Source: Amphiscolops sp. MND2022
Taxonomy: Eukaryota
Assembly: GCA_964187785.1 (NCBI GenBank)
Contig: OZ076413.1
Location: forward strand, 45,572,001 to 45,636,000
DNA: 64,000 nt
Reading direction: 5' to 3'
In this document: positions 45,208 through 59,484 of the stretch, one piece after another
Numbering within the stretch: position 1 is the stretch's first letter
Layout: the number at the start of each line of letters is the position of its first letter
Notes under the pieces: generated by a model
Told to the model about the DNA's origin: nothing
Database searches by the model: none
What the model saw: only the letters and a program-made list of their open reading frames with translations
Position numbers and translations under genes: made by a program

Positions 45208-48200
45208 GTAAACTACATGTTTCAAGCCGCTTTCGTTTGATTTTTTTTGAATGCTCACACTTCTTTCAGCTCATTTCAGCCCTGTTGCATTTTTTTTACA
45301 GAACTGTAGCTGCTGGGAATTAAGTATGTAGACGATTAGAAATGGCACCATGAAAGTTTTTACTCAAAAATGTTTGAGGCGTTTCAATTTTATTTCAGCT
45401 AACGAAGTATTAACGAAAATGAAAAATTTAATGGTAGTAAGAAAACAACCGTTTTTAGCATTGCAACTCACTCAACTATTAATAATTATGTATCTGTCAA
45501 CTTTAAACGAGTTGATGTGTTTATTCATGCTTTGGTTTTACTGCAAAATTTCTTGGAAAATTGAATTTTGCAATGTCAATATACACGGCTCTCTGAAATA
45601 CTTCTTGCTGTCTAAACCTTGAGCAACCAATATTTCGCCCTCAATTGTATCAAACCAATGTCTTGAATCGTAATTCTAGATGTAGCAATCGAAAAAAGTA
45701 CAATGGACCTTTACATGCAGGTGTAACAAGGAGTCACGGTGTTCAATACTTTTTTGATTAAGACATTTTCTAGCCGCTGCTTCAACTAGAAATTGTTTGA
45801 TACTTTTTAAGGTAAGATACAGAGCCGGACGAGACTAAAGAGCCCATCATTCGATTTTTCGGCTTTGTAAGACTTTTTGTCTAATTTCCGGATCCGAAGA
45901 GTCGTCTTTCATTTTTTCGATATTTGCGACAAATTGGATGTTAAAAAAGCCCAAAGGGTCCCTCATTTTACAGTTTTCGGCCTTGAGATTTTTCGAAAAC
46001 AATACATTTTTCGTCTAAAAATCAAGTTTTCATTTTTCAAGACCAGTGAACTGACTGATTATTTTGAGCACAGCATTCCTAATAGTTAGTAACTTCTCAC
46101 TGCCTAGTGGTTAACGCGGATTTCTTATCCTGGTGGCGAGGTCTGAGAAGCAGGAGTCCGTAGGTTCGACTCTCACACTAAACCAAGAAACCTTTAATGG
46201 TTTGCAAAAGAGGGCAGACTAAAGGGTTTTTTAAATATAATTTAATTTTTTTTTGTTTCCGGGGAAAATGGTTTTCGAGTCTAAGCGTATTTTTCGGCAC
46301 TGAGAAATTGATAATTTGAGCAAGTGTCCTTCGCTTGTTTAACAAACTTTGTTTTTTGAAACTTGTGCGGGGCGCCGACTTGGGCCGTTTACGGCTTGTT
46401 ATAGTTTCCCATGTGCTTAAACGCTGAGTGACGTTTTGAGACAGTTAAACAACCCATTGCTTGCAATAGTTACGCTGAACTGAATATAAATGAGATACCG
46501 ATTCACAACTCGAGATAAAGACCAACAATGTTAACACATATTCTGAGAATCGAAGTAAACTACATGTTTCAAGCCGCTTTCGTTTGATTTTTTTTTGAAT
46601 GCTCACACTTTTTTCAGCTCATTTCAGCCCTGTTGCATTTTTTTACAGAACTGTAGCTGCTGGGAATTAAGTATGTAGACGATTAGAAATGGCACCATGA
46701 AAGTTTTTACTCAAAAATGTTTGAGGCGTTTCAATTTTATTTCAGCTAACGAAGTATTAACGAAAATGAAAAATTTAATGGTAGTAAGAAAACAACCGTT
46801 TTTAGCATTGCAACTCACTCAACTATTATTAATTATGTAACTGTCAACTTTAAACGAGTTGATGTGTTTATTCATGCTTTGGTTTTACTGCAAAATTTCT
46901 TGGAAAATTGAATTTTGCAATGTCAATATACACGGCTCTCTGAAATACTTCTTGCTGTCTAAACCTTGAGCAACCAATATTTCGCCCTCAATTGTATCAA
47001 ACCAATGTCTTGAATCGTAATTCTAGATCTAGCAATCGAAAAAAGTACAATGGACCTTTACATGCAGGTGTAACACGGAGTCACGGTGTTCAATACTTTT
47101 TTGATTAAGACATTTTCTAGCCGCTGTTTCAACCAGAAATTGTTTGATACTTTTTAAGGTAAGATACAGAGCCGGACGAGACTAAAGAGCCCATCATTCG
47201 ATTTTTCGGCTTTGTACGTCTTTTTGTCTAAAATTTCCAGATCCGAAGAGTCTTCTTTCATTTTTTCGATATTTGCGACAAATTGGATGTTAAAAAAGCC
47301 CAAAGGGTCCCTCATTTTACAGTTTTCGGCCTTGAGATTTTTCGAAAACAATACATTTTTCGTCTAAAAATCAAGTTTTCATTTTTCAAGACCAGTGAAC
47401 TGACTGATTATTTTGAGCACAGCATTCCTAATAGTTAGTAACTTCTCACTGCCTAGTGGTTAACGCGAATTTCTTATCCTGGTGGCGAGGTCTGAGAAGC
47501 AGGAGTCCGTAGGTTCGACTCTCACACTAAACCAAGAAACCTTTAATGGTTTGCAAAAGAGGGGAGACTAAAGGGTTTTTTAAATATATTTTAAATTTTT
47601 TTTGTTTCCGGGGAAAATGGTTTTCGAGTCTAAGCGTATTTTTCGGCACTGAGAAATTGATAATTTGAGCAAGTGTCCTTCGCTTATTTAACAAACTTTG
47701 TTTTTTGAAACTTGTGCGGGGCGCCGACTTGGGCCGTTTACGGCTTGTTATAGTTTCTCATGTGCTTAAACGCTGAGTGACGTTTTGAGACAGTTAAACA
47801 ACCCATTGCTTGCAATAGTTACGCTGAACTGAATATAAATGAGATACCGATTCACAACTCGAGATAAAGACCAACAATGTTAACACATATTCTGAGAATC
47901 GAAGTAAACTACATGTTTCAAGCCGCTTTCGTTTGATTTTTTTGAATGCTCACACTTTTTTCAGCTCATTTCAGCCCTGTTGCATTTTTTTACAGAACTG
48001 TAGCTGCTGGGAATTAAGTATGTAGACGATTAGAAATGGCACCATGAAAGTTTTTACTCAAAAATGTTTGAGGCGTTTCAATTTTATTTCAGCTAACGAA
48101 GTATTAACGAAAATGAAAAATTTAATGGTAGTAAGAAAACAACCGTTTTTAGCATTGCAACTCACTCAACTATTATTAATTATGTAACTGTCAACTTTAA

Positions 48201-50595
48201 ACGAGTTGATGTGTTTATTCATGCTTTGGTTTTACTGCAAAATTTCTTGGAAAATTGAATTTTGCAATGTCAATATACACGGCTCTCTGAAATACTTCTT
48301 GCTGTCTAAACCTTGAGCAACCAATATTTCGCCCTCAATTGTATCAAACCAATGTCTTGAATCGTAATTCTAGATCTAGCAATCGAAAAAAGTACAATGG
48401 ACCTTTACATGCAGGTGTAACACGGAGTCACGGTGTTCAATACTTTTTTGATTAAGACATTTTCTAGCCGCTGCTTCAACCAGAAATTGTTTGATACTTT
48501 TTAAGGTAAGATACAGAGCCGGACGAGACTAAAGAGCCCATCATTCGATTTTTCGGCTTTGTACGTCTTTTTGTCTAAAATTTCCGGATCCGAAGAGTCT
48601 TCTTTCATTTTTTCGATATTTGCGACAAATTGGATGTTAAAAAAGCCCAAAGGGTCCCTCATTTTACAGTTTTCGGCCTTGAGATTTTTCGAAAACAATA
48701 CATTTTTCGTCTAAAAATCAAGTTTTCATTTTTCAAGACCAGTGAACTGACTGATTATTTTGAGCACAGCATTCCTAATAGTTAGTAACTTCTCACTGCC
48801 TAGTGGTTAACGCGGATTTCTTATCCTGGTGGCGAGGTCTGAGAAGCAGGAGTCCGTAGGTTCGACTCTCACACTAAACCAAGAAACCTTTAATGGTTTG
48901 CAAAAGAGGGGAGACTAAAGGGTTTTTTAAATACATTTTAATTTTTTTTTGTTTCCGGGGAAAATGGTTTTCGAGTCTAAGCGTATTTTTCGGCACTGAG
49001 AAATTGATAATTTGAGCAAGTGTCCTTCGCTTATTTAACAAACTTTGTTTTTTGAAACTTGTGCGGGGCGCCGACTTGGGCCGTTTACGGCTTGTTATAG
49101 TTTCCCATGTGCTTAAACGCTGAGTGACGTTTTGAGACAGTTAAACAACCCATTGCTTGCAATAGTTACGCTGAACTGAATATAAATGAGATACCGATTC
49201 ACAACTCGAGATAAAGACCAACAATGTTAACACATATTCTGAGAATCGAAGTAAACTACATGTTTCAAGCCGCTTTCGTTTGATTTTTTTTGAATGCTCA
49301 CACTTTTTTCAGCTCATTTCAGCCCTGTTGCATTTTTTTTTACAGAACTGTAGCTGCTGGGAATTAAGTATGTAGACGATTAGAAATGGCACCATGAAAG
49401 TTTTTACTCAAAAATGTTTGAGGCGTTTCAATTTTATTTCAGCTAACGAAGTATTAACGAAAATGAAAAATTTAATGGTAGTAAGAAAACAACCGTTTTT
49501 AGCATTGCAACTCACTCAACTATTATTAATTATGTAACTGTCAACTTTAAACGAGTTGATGTGTTTATTCATGCTTTGGTTTTACTGCAAAATTTCTTGG
49601 AAAATTGAATTTTGCAATGTCAATATACACGGCTCTCTGAAATACTTCTTGCTGTCTAAACCTTGAGCAACCAATATTTCGCCCTCAATTGTATCAAACC
49701 AATGTCTTGAATCGTAATTCTAGATCTAGCAATCGAAAAAAGTACAATGGACCTTTACATGCAGGTGTAACACGGAGTCACGGTGTTCAATACTTTTTTG
49801 ATTAAGACATTTTCTAGCCGCTGCTTCAACCAGAATTTGTTTGATACTTTTTAAGGTAAGATACAGAGCCGGACGAGACTAAAGAGCCCATCATTCGATT
49901 TTTCGGCTTTGTAAGTCTTTTTGTCTAAAATTTCCGGATCCGAAGAGTCTTCTTTCATTTTTTCGATATTTGCGACAAATTGGATGTTAAAAAAGCCCAA
50001 AGGGTCCCTCATTTTACAGTTTTCGGCCTTGAGATTTTTCGAAAACAATACATTTTTCGTCTAAAAATCAAGTTTTCATTTTTCAAGACCAGTGAACTGA
50101 CTATTTTGAGCACAGCATTCCTAATAGTTAGTAACTTCTCACTGCCTAGTGGTTAACGCGGATTTCTTATCCTGGTGGCGAGGTCTGAGAAGCAGGAGTC
50201 CGTAGGTTCGACTCTCACACTAAACCAAGAAACCTTTAATGGTTTGCAAAAGAGGGGAGACTAAAGGGTTTTTTAAATATATTTTAAATTTTTGTTTCCG
50301 GGGAAAATGGTTTTCGAGTCTAAGCGTATTTTTCGGCACTGAGAAATTGATAATTTCAGCAAGTGTCCTTCGCTTATTTAACAAACTTTGTTTTTTGAAA
50401 CTTGTGCGGGGCGCCGACTTGGGCCGTTTACGGCTTGTTATAGTTTCCCATGTGCTTAAACGCTGAGTGACGTTTTGAGACAGTTAAACAACCCATTGCT
50501 TGCAATAGTTACGCTGAACTGAATATAAATGAGATACCGATTCACAACTCGAGATAAAGACCAACAATGTTAACACATATTCTGAGAATCGAAGT
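45208..50595. repeat. Four head-to-tail copies of a ~1347-bp unit
   Basis: Units start GTAAACTACATG at 45208, 46555, 47904 and 49251; near identical. Confidence 0.97.
46095..46190 (+). other. tRNA-related Pol III promoter (SINE-head-like), one per tandem unit
   Basis: A-box-like TGCCTAGTGGTTAA and B-box GGTTCGACTC; no convincing acceptor stem. Copies near 47445, 48790 and 50135. Confidence 0.5.
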
Positions 50596-51877
50596 CTAGG
50601 AAAAACGGATTCAAATTGAATTTAATTCAATGCAATGCAATTCAACGTTCAAGCACACAATCGAATTAAAGTTTACTAAATCATTCAAACTATAAATATT
50701 TGCCAAAAATGAAAGCACAGCTCACATCTAAAAATTACATAATTAAAAAGTTGCTTCAAAAACGAATAGCTAAACTGTCGCAGACATTGGAGTTTATAAT
50801 ACAATTCAGAGAAGAAATAAAACCAGACAATTCAGATAACGAGACGACAAAATATCCCATTCTGCATGACAAGGGGGAAGGGTAAAAGGCATCCTTTCCA
50901 TTCCGACCGAACCACCAGTCCAGCCGCACCATGTAAGTGTAGGAGGCAGCAGGAACACTGCAAAGGACTTCACACAAGTTATTGAATGTATATGTACAGA
51001 ACAGCAAAAAAGGAAGATGTGTTAAAAGCGTTACCAGACATAAGCGCCCCAATCGAAGACAACTAGCGGTTTGATAACTTCTCAGCTATTATCAAAATGA
51101 AGTTCGTCGCCCGGTATGAACAATTATCAGTTTTTTAATACGATGCATTAACAACTTGCATCATTAAGAATACACAAAAGTCAGAAGTGCCAAAATTAGC
51201 AGTTTAACTAGTTTTTAATTTAGAATTGTAGATGTAAAATTGCTAAATTTGGTATTACCACGGGCATTATAGTCACTCAGCGGTTCTTCAATCAGAGGCG
51301 AAAAATTCAACTCGGACATTAAAGCATGAGCTTCGCATTGGACGCTTATGACTGTCAATTGGGCGCTTTTGTCTGTACATGGTTTAAAGTTTGGACCTTC
51401 TGGTATGTCAAGCATAAAATTTTCAAGTTCAAGCAGCGTTGAAGAGAAACTGGACAATAAAAAAACAACCTGAGCACACGAGGAAGTGGAAATTTCGTCG
51501 TACTTTTCAATTAAAAGCGCCCACCTAATTTTTGCTAAGTGAATTAGTGTAGAGTCCACTTCGATACTAATAACGCAAGTTGAATTACGACGAAATTTGT
51601 AATCTGAAGTCGTGACTTCGCACTTTTCAAAAGTCTTCCTTTTATTTTCTCAATTTAAAATTTGGATAAATATTCGACATCGACTATATTTGATATCGAA
51701 GTTAAACGTTTCCAAATTTCCTCGAAGTTTCGGACAGTTGAGATTTTTCAACAAAATAATACATAGAATGTTGACACGAAAGCAACTTTGAGTGCCCGCA
51801 AACAGAATCTACACTTACTGAAGCAATCAAACTAACCAGCAGTCCACAAAATGATGTATTTATTGGTATATGAAAGA

Positions 51878-54800
51878 TTATGAGTGCAAAACAGAAGCGA
51901 CCGTAGATGGCAAGTAAGTTATTTTTCCATTAGCCAAAACCAGCTCAATTGGTTCACCGGCTGCAGAGACTGAAACTTGGGCGTTGGGAGGAGGTAGCGG
52001 ATCAAAGTCCTCGAAATACCCCAACGAGAGATGGAAGTTAGGAGTGTCGATGAGGTCATTTGGTATAGAAGAAAGGATGCTGTTCAAATTGGAGTTGGAG
52101 CTACTGTTATCAGATTCTTGCTCCGTCAAAAAGTCCGAACTCAAGTCGGGCAAACCAGAAAACGAAGAGTCCCAAAAAAGATCGTCTTCAATGCTTGAGT
52201 TTGGTTCCGCGCACTCCAGTTGTTTCTGCAAAAATGCCATGTTTGTGTGATCAGTTCCGGCCGATTGCGTGACGTCATCGTTATAAATAGCATCGGCTGA
52301 ATAGTCAAAGGGGCCCTGAGTTGTGAAAAGATAATCGTGGAAGTTGCCCTGGTTATCCTGAGCGTGAAAAGAGGATGAGGAGCTGTTTTCCTTGACAAAA
52401 TTAGGATGGGCGGGGTCTGAGATTTCCAAAGAGTCAGAAGATACAGACTGGCTCCTTTTCCGAGAACAAGAAGAAGAGACAGAACCAGAGGAGTTATTGA
52501 AGAAAGGTGGCGGCAAAAGGTTAGAAACAGGCGAGGCTGCGGAAATTGCGCCGTTGCCAGGAGAACTATTATAAGATGATGAAAAAGTATGCGTGTCGTC
52601 ATCACGTGTCAAGGACCCAGCGGTCGGTTTATTCATTATAAAAGAGCGATTCTTGCTACTAATAACAAAGTTGATGCCGTTGTTACTATCAATACCACTA
52701 AAACTGGTGCTATCAGGCAGAGCAGCTTTCTTTGCCGCCGAAGTCATGAAGAAATAGTCCTGAGGTTGGTGACTTGAGGCGCCTGTTGCAATGGCGGAGA
52801 AACAGGTAGTAGAAGAGGATGATTCTAGTGAGGGTATTTGAGAAGCGTTTGTAGAATTATGAGGAGAGAGAACAACGGTGTTGGTTTTGCTCTCTCCACT
52901 CATTCGGTTGGAGGTTAACTGGGTGAGGTTTCGGTTGCATTGAGGTAGAAGCTGATGATCCTGAGAAAGTAAAACATTTGAAGTTGAACTTTTGTTTTTG
53001 AAAGCTGTCCCCGTCGTCGTTTTCATTGGACCTGTATTGCTATCGCATGTCTCCGGAGAATGTCCAAAAGTACCATTAGATGAAAACAATTCAAGAGGTG
53101 TGGAATTCGCGACCATGTCGTATCTAAATTTATTACTGTGACTCAAATAACTCTCGTCTGCGACATTGCCGAAAAATTCGAAAGCCGAATAATCCATTTT
53201 TTCATTGCATTCCATAAATCCGTTGAAAGAGGTAACAAAATTTTCCTTGGAAGTCGAATCTTTTCGTTTGCATACAATGGGCGATAAGGGCACGTTAACA
53301 GTGTTAGCAGCAAAGCCCCGTGGTTTCTTAGATTGGTAAATTGAGACGTAGTCATTCTTGTTAATATCAACGAGACTGCTTTTCCGTCGTTGACTTGATT
53401 TGTTGAGTTCCTTCTCCTTCAGCTTGACCCTGTTGGGAAGGTTTTTGCGCTGATTAATGACCGTGACTGCATGGCAACTGCAAATATACGCGATGAAGTC
53501 TTGACAAAAGTTGTAGAAAGGGCTTTCCAGCATTTCAACTATACACTGCCTGCGTTCAGCCTGACTTTTTCCAGATCTTGCTTGAATTTGCTTCAGCCAG
53601 CCAAGTTTCAGAAGACCAACCTAAAAATAACATCGACAAAAATTATCCGAATTGTTTTTTGAAAAATAACGGAGTAATGAGTAACAATAACATGACAAGT
53701 TTTAAGGAAACTAAATTCACGTTACTTCAAGCTTTCAACATTTGACTCAAATCAAAGAAAACTAGGAAATAAAATGCGACCATTAAAGCGAATTTTCACC
53801 GTTTTTTTCCAATCCGGTCGAAATGACCATTTCGTGCCGAATGCCAAAATTCTACAATAAATCTATAAAATGGCAAATTGGTCGGAAGGGTCTCGTATTT
53901 TTGCAAATTTTTTCGGATTTAAAGGAATTTGAGTGTTTTTCGAAAAAAAATCAATTTTCCAAAACGGCACCCTCGGTCTTTTGGTGGTCTAGCAGGAAAA
54001 AAAGCGTTTTAGGCACAAAAGGTCTCTCTTGGGCTTTTTCTCCACGTGAATTTTCAAAGATTCCTTGACGCTCTGAATTATTTTGCTCTTTTTGAGCTCT
54101 AAGCGGAGCCCCGACTTATGCCGTTCCAGGCTTGTTTCCATGTTTTTCCTTTTGAACATTATTTGCACAACTTGGATATCAATCAAGATGGCTTATTAGT
54201 CAAAATGTTCGTTGATACAAGCAGGCAGTCGTGTACAGTGGCATACATACCTGGAAACAATTGCGATCGCAACACTTGTTGTTCACCATAGAGACGTCGA
54301 GAACAGGGGGATTGTTGCGCTTTATCTTGAGACTCCTCAATGGCTTCGGCAGAGAGCTCTTGGCCTTGTATAGAAAGTTGTTGGAATACAACAGAAGTTT
54401 CTTCAGCATGTTTTCACACAATCCGTAGTCTTTAAGGAGACTTCGTTGTTTTTCCACGTAATTCACGTACTCCGCATAATTTACAGAGAAGATAGCACCA
54501 CTGAAAATGAATAGGCTGGGATTATCAAGGGTTGAAGGGAAACGCACAGAGAAACACCCATATAGGAAATACTGGGAAAAAACTTTAATTTCAACCAAAA
54601 ACTTTACATTGGTGGTGAAATTCGACCTTTCTCTTTATGGGGAAAAAGAATGGCCTTCAGAATGGCACGCCGTTCCGCTTCGTTTCTGCATTTAGGGTAC
54701 TAGAGGCATGTGACTACACCTGACTATGTTATCGATATTTTCTATTGGGTTATCCTGTTTTGGGTGTTTTTCTGGGCACCCACATACAACACTGAGACAA

Positions 54801-55938
54801 ACAACATTGACTATTCCTTTTTACAACTAATACAGAAAATCTTGGTAATAAGTACTTCAAATTGCTAAGGAACTGTTTTTGAAAAAAATTCGCAATCTCA
54901 CAATGCCAAAAAACGCCAACTGGGCTTGAAATATTTTTTTTTCTGACGAAAAGCATTTTAAAAAAACTGGAAGCCGAAGAAACCAGATAACTTTGAAAAA
55001 CGAAACAAGACAGGAACGTCCAAAGTCTGCGCTATATCTAAGGCTCAAAAACCACAAAGGTTTTAAAATATGCCCAGGAAGTTATGAAAAACTCAGAAAA
55101 CAGTGGTGCCAAAGGGTGCCTTTCATACTCGATAAGACTCGGACACCACTCTTTTGAACAGGAAACAAAAACTGTGCCGGTCCAGAGAAAACCAAATTTT
55201 AGGACGAAAAATCTCACAATGCCGAGAATTGTAAAAGTGAGGATCCTTTGGGCTTTTTGAAAATACGGTATGTTGCAAATTATCAAAAAATGAAGGGGGA
55301 CCCTTTGGAGACATTAAAAAATTTTCGAAAACGAAAACTGAGAATTTTGAACAGTCTCCTAGTTTCCACAGTCTCACGAATTATTACTCAGAAGTAGTTG
55401 TCAAAACAATCTCACGGAAGTCATGATTGTCACAAAATGACTCACCTGCTGGAGTTTAGATTGGACGTAATTCGTGCCAAATGTTTCTTTTCGTTGGCAT
55501 CTTTGTAAATTTTTAGAAGCAGTTCAACTCTTTCACTTTTGAAACCATTAGTATCCAGGTCAGTCAGAAATTTTTGAACACATCCACAGGGCTTTTTCGA
55601 GGTGGTAGATTCTGCCCAGCAACACAAGTTCCAAGCTGAAAATAAATTAGTTCGAATTTTGACATCTACTTTCATTTTTTTCTCAAGATTGGAGCTAATT
55701 ACCGTCGGGATCATGACACTCGAGCTTTAGGCGCTTCAGAAACTGACAACACTGATTCTGCCACCAATCCAATCCATCATCATAGCCAAGCTGGTTTTCC
55801 GCAAGATATTCGTAGTCTAATAAAATAAAATGAGAATTTCTTTCCCAAAATAGAATGTCAAGTTTCATGATATACAGATAACTCATATAACTTACAAACT
55901 CTTGAATCAGGTACACAGTTGATCCCACGTGATGTCAT
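51878..55938 (-). CDS. Host five-exon gene, ~779 aa; Cys-rich N-terminal half, Ser-rich/acidic C-terminus (putative nuclear regulator)
   Basis: Exons 55896-55938, 55703-55816, 55446-55635, 54251-54500 and 51878-53620 join via GT-AG introns with matching phases (2340 nt, open). Confidence 0.8.
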
Positions 55939-56965
55939 TTCCAGAAGTCCCGAGATTGTCCCAGGTCATCTTTCAATGACCGAGGATACCTGAGTTATAA
56001 CATAAGCTAACCCTGTAACAATTAGACAGATGAAACATCTCAAGTAGTACCCGCTTATAAAAGACCGAAGTCAAATGGTCGAATATCATTGAATACGTGA
56101 ATGATTAATACCAATTGCGAAACCTGTAGAAAAACTATAATTACTAATTGGCATTTCAATATTTTGAAAACGCTGCATAGACAGACAAGGCATTCAGGCA
56201 GACACTCTGATTTGACAATACGGAAGGCAATCCAGGCAGACAATACGGCCAGTGTAGTTGGAGCGGTTCGGGACGAAGACCACTTAAGCGAACTTTACTA
56301 CTTGTAAATCTGCGTTTAATGTCCGTTTTGTTTCAACAAGAAATATATGTATTCTTTGCTTTGTAATCGTCACCATTTCATGTGCCTCATTGAGTTTCTG
56401 AATTGAGATTTGTCCTGGGTCCATTGAACTCTGTTTGCATGATCTCGTTTCTTAATTTTTTGTTTCCTATTTTGGTTGGATTTTTTTTGTCTGCCGCCCG
56501 GGCTGGGGGCACATGATGAATAAAGTTTTTTTCTCTTCTATCAGATATCATGGATCTTCGTCATCAATCATGGATGAATAAAGAATATAAACAAGTAAAT
56601 TAAGAATCAGTATGATAATAAATACACATACCACGTCACATTATTTAAAAAAAACATTACAATTATTAAAAGTACGCTATCAATTATGAATACTAAAAAA
56701 ACCAATGAATAAATAATAAAAAACTAATTGCATGCTTATTGGATGAATAAAGAAGTGTTTCTTTTTTTTTAAAAAAAAAAAGCAAATTGATGACAATGAT
56801 TTGAAGAAACTTTTGATGAATAAGATACCATAATCACCATTATTAACGTCTAAAAGGCGGAATAACGTCTGGAAAGAGGAATAACGTTTCAAACTGACAT
56901 ACGTTTAAAATTTTTTCCCCTCTATCAGATATCATGGATCTTCGTCATCAATCATGTGCCATGTG

Positions 56966-58084
56966 GGTGACACGAAACGGGTCGAAATAATCCGGTCGAA
57001 TTGCAAGGGCGAAACTGTGATCGAACGAAATTGATCGAAGTAAAATGATCGAAGAAAATGGTCGAAAGTTGGCAAAAAAACGGACCTATACCGAATAGAA
57101 AAATAGGAAAAGCGTCGAACAACTAGAAAGTGGTCAGAATTGCTCAAAAAATGTCAAAACGTTCAGAAATGCGATTTTTTGCAGAATGGACGAACTTTAA
57201 CGCGGTTTTTTTTAGTACAAAACGTGCCTCGGATATGTCCCCATTTCCTCTAGTGCCCCGCGGTCCCTTGGGGCCGCTTATATTCCCATCTTGCTAAGCG
57301 AGGTCGAACAGGAGCAAAGACCTAGCGGGAACGGAGATCGCGAAGCGATCGTAGTGGGAGCTGGTCTTTGCGACGGTGAGGGCGAGCGTGCATACATCGC
57401 ATATGCCCCACATTATATAAACTAAAAGTCTCTGCCATTTGATGTGTTCACGACCGCGGTCACCCATAACCAAACCTGAAATTAAATTAAATAAGATTGT
57501 TGGTTAATTTTTTCGACTAAATTCTATCTTGAAAAGCAGTTCGACCTTAATCGTTCGATCAAAAAATGCTACATATTCAATTTCGACCCAATTATTTTTC
57601 GACCAGTTTCGACGGATACGGGACAATTTGTCGAAAGACAATTTGCCGAAAATTGACTCAGGGACAATTTGCCGAATTTTTTTCGGCAAATTGTCCCTGA
57701 CATTCGGCAAATTGGGTTTCCTCACCTAATATGGGGTCATATACGGTGTATGCACGCTTGCCCTCACCGTCGCAAAGACCAGCTCCCACTACGATCGCTT
57801 CGCGATCTCCGTTCCCGCTAGGTCTTTGCTCCTGTTCGACCTCGCTTAGCAAGATGGGAACATAGGCGGCCCCAAGGGGCCGCGGGGCACTAGAGGAAAT
57901 GGGGGCATATTCGGCAAATTGTCCCTACAAAATTCGGCAAATTCATAGGGACAATTTGCCGAAAAAAATTCGGCAAATTGTCCCTGAGTCAATTTTCGGC
58001 AAATTGTCTTTCGGCAAATTGTCCCTAACCCGTTTCGACCTCAGTTTTTTCGACCAAACTTTTTCGACCTGGTTATACGTCGCC
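56966..58084. mobile_element. Mutator-like MITE (TCGA-rich arms)
   Basis: Imperfect TIR GG(T/C)GAC...GGTCGAAA; 10-bp TSD GTGCCATGTG at 56956-56965 and 58085-58094. Confidence 0.75.
57613..58032. mobile_element. Nested MITE with long GGGACAATTTGCCGAA TIRs
   Basis: CGG..CCG ends, ~85-bp inverted arms, 6-bp TSD TTTCGA. Confidence 0.8.
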
Positions 58085-58783
58085 GTGCCATGTGTATCAT
58101 CATGTTGGGGGGAGAAGACACACACCTGTGGTCTGCAACGAAAGTAGGGAACCCCATACCAGCCACTATCCCAGTAACAAAAAAAACAACCAACAAACAA
58201 CTCATACAAGCCACTATCCGGTAGGAACAAATTTTTAAAGCTGCAATGATAAACAGGTGTGGAAAAAAAATTGTTATAAAATCCTTCGAACGCATCTCTG
58301 TTGCTCACAGCTCCTAGATCACAGGCCGCATTGCCAACCTGAAGAGCCATTGAGTTCCGTTGCTACAAAAAGCTGCCAGCTCGTTGATCGTCGTGCGAAC
58401 GACAGAGAATTTCACAGAGATGCGTGATGAAAATTTCACTGCTCTCTCCTATAGAACCCTGTACTTCCATGGCCACCAGTTGAAAATGTATACATTGTCT
58501 ATCAATTTGCGATACTTCTCAATTTTACTCGCTTCAGCCTCGGTGGCGGTGGTTCCCGGGTTGCACGAAGAGCCTTGATTCAGGCGACTGGCTGCAAGAA
58601 CATCCACAACCGTGACATCCCACACCAGCTGGTTACCTTTTCCCCAAGGAATCATGGTAACACCGTCTGGGCGTTTGCCATCAGTTCGGTATAGTTCACG
58701 CGGATCGAGCATTGAAGGCAAGTCGAGAGATCCCAACGTCTGCTTTATGAGAGAATTGAGAGTAGCATGACGTGAGAAGCGAC

Positions 58784-59132
58784 GGGTGGCTGTAAATAGG
58801 TCGAATTTTTCTGGTCGAAAGAACAGAGGTCGAACCTTTTGATCGAATTGCAGGGATCGAATGGAATGCGGTCGAATTTCATCGTATTTGTTGTATGGCT
58901 CGGTCGCTTCGCTCCCATCGCCAAGTAGCAATATTGAGGCATGGCCATATGGCACGTCGCTCCGCTTCGCTTCGCTCCTGCATTCAGGGCACTAGGGGTA
59001 TGTGAACATATCTGACAACGTTATAAAAATTTCGATCCGAGTTGTTTCGATCCCAATCAAAAATTTGGTATGTCGACCCGAGGACTAACTCTGGTTTTCG
59101 ATCCCGTTCCTTCGACCTACTTCCGCCCACCC
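58784..59132. mobile_element. Mutator-like MITE inserted in the RLE element's CCHC region
   Basis: TIR GGGTGG...TAGGTCGAA; 9-bp TSD AGAAGCGAC. Confidence 0.8.
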
Positions 59133-59484
59133 AGAAGCGACCAGCACTCTTGGTGCAAGAAAGACCGTGTAAACCGTCTCTTTCAACTCATACCACAGTG
59201 ACACGTATGCGCAACGCAGATGTTGGCACCGAGACGCAAACCAATTGAAATTCGAAGTTGCTGATCATCAAGTTTCAGGCCTAGGTTCTTGCAAGGAACG
59301 ACGTTCAGCCATTGAGACCCGAATTTGCCTTGATGAGCGTTAAAAATTTTCGAACGTTTCTCATCCTATCTAGAAATCAAATCTTGCGCGGTTTTGACGT
59401 AGACAGGTTGTGTCCAATTTTTCTGTGTTCCATCATCGAGAGGACTTTCCTGTTCATTCGTCAAACTCAACCACTTCTCAAGCG

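Noticed and set aside
46095..46190. Functional tRNA gene
   Set aside because: A and B boxes are present, but I could not build an acceptor stem or cloverleaf.
47154..50466. Repeated 65-aa ORFs in the tandem array
   Set aside because: Chance ORFs in a non-coding repeat; not intact in all units.
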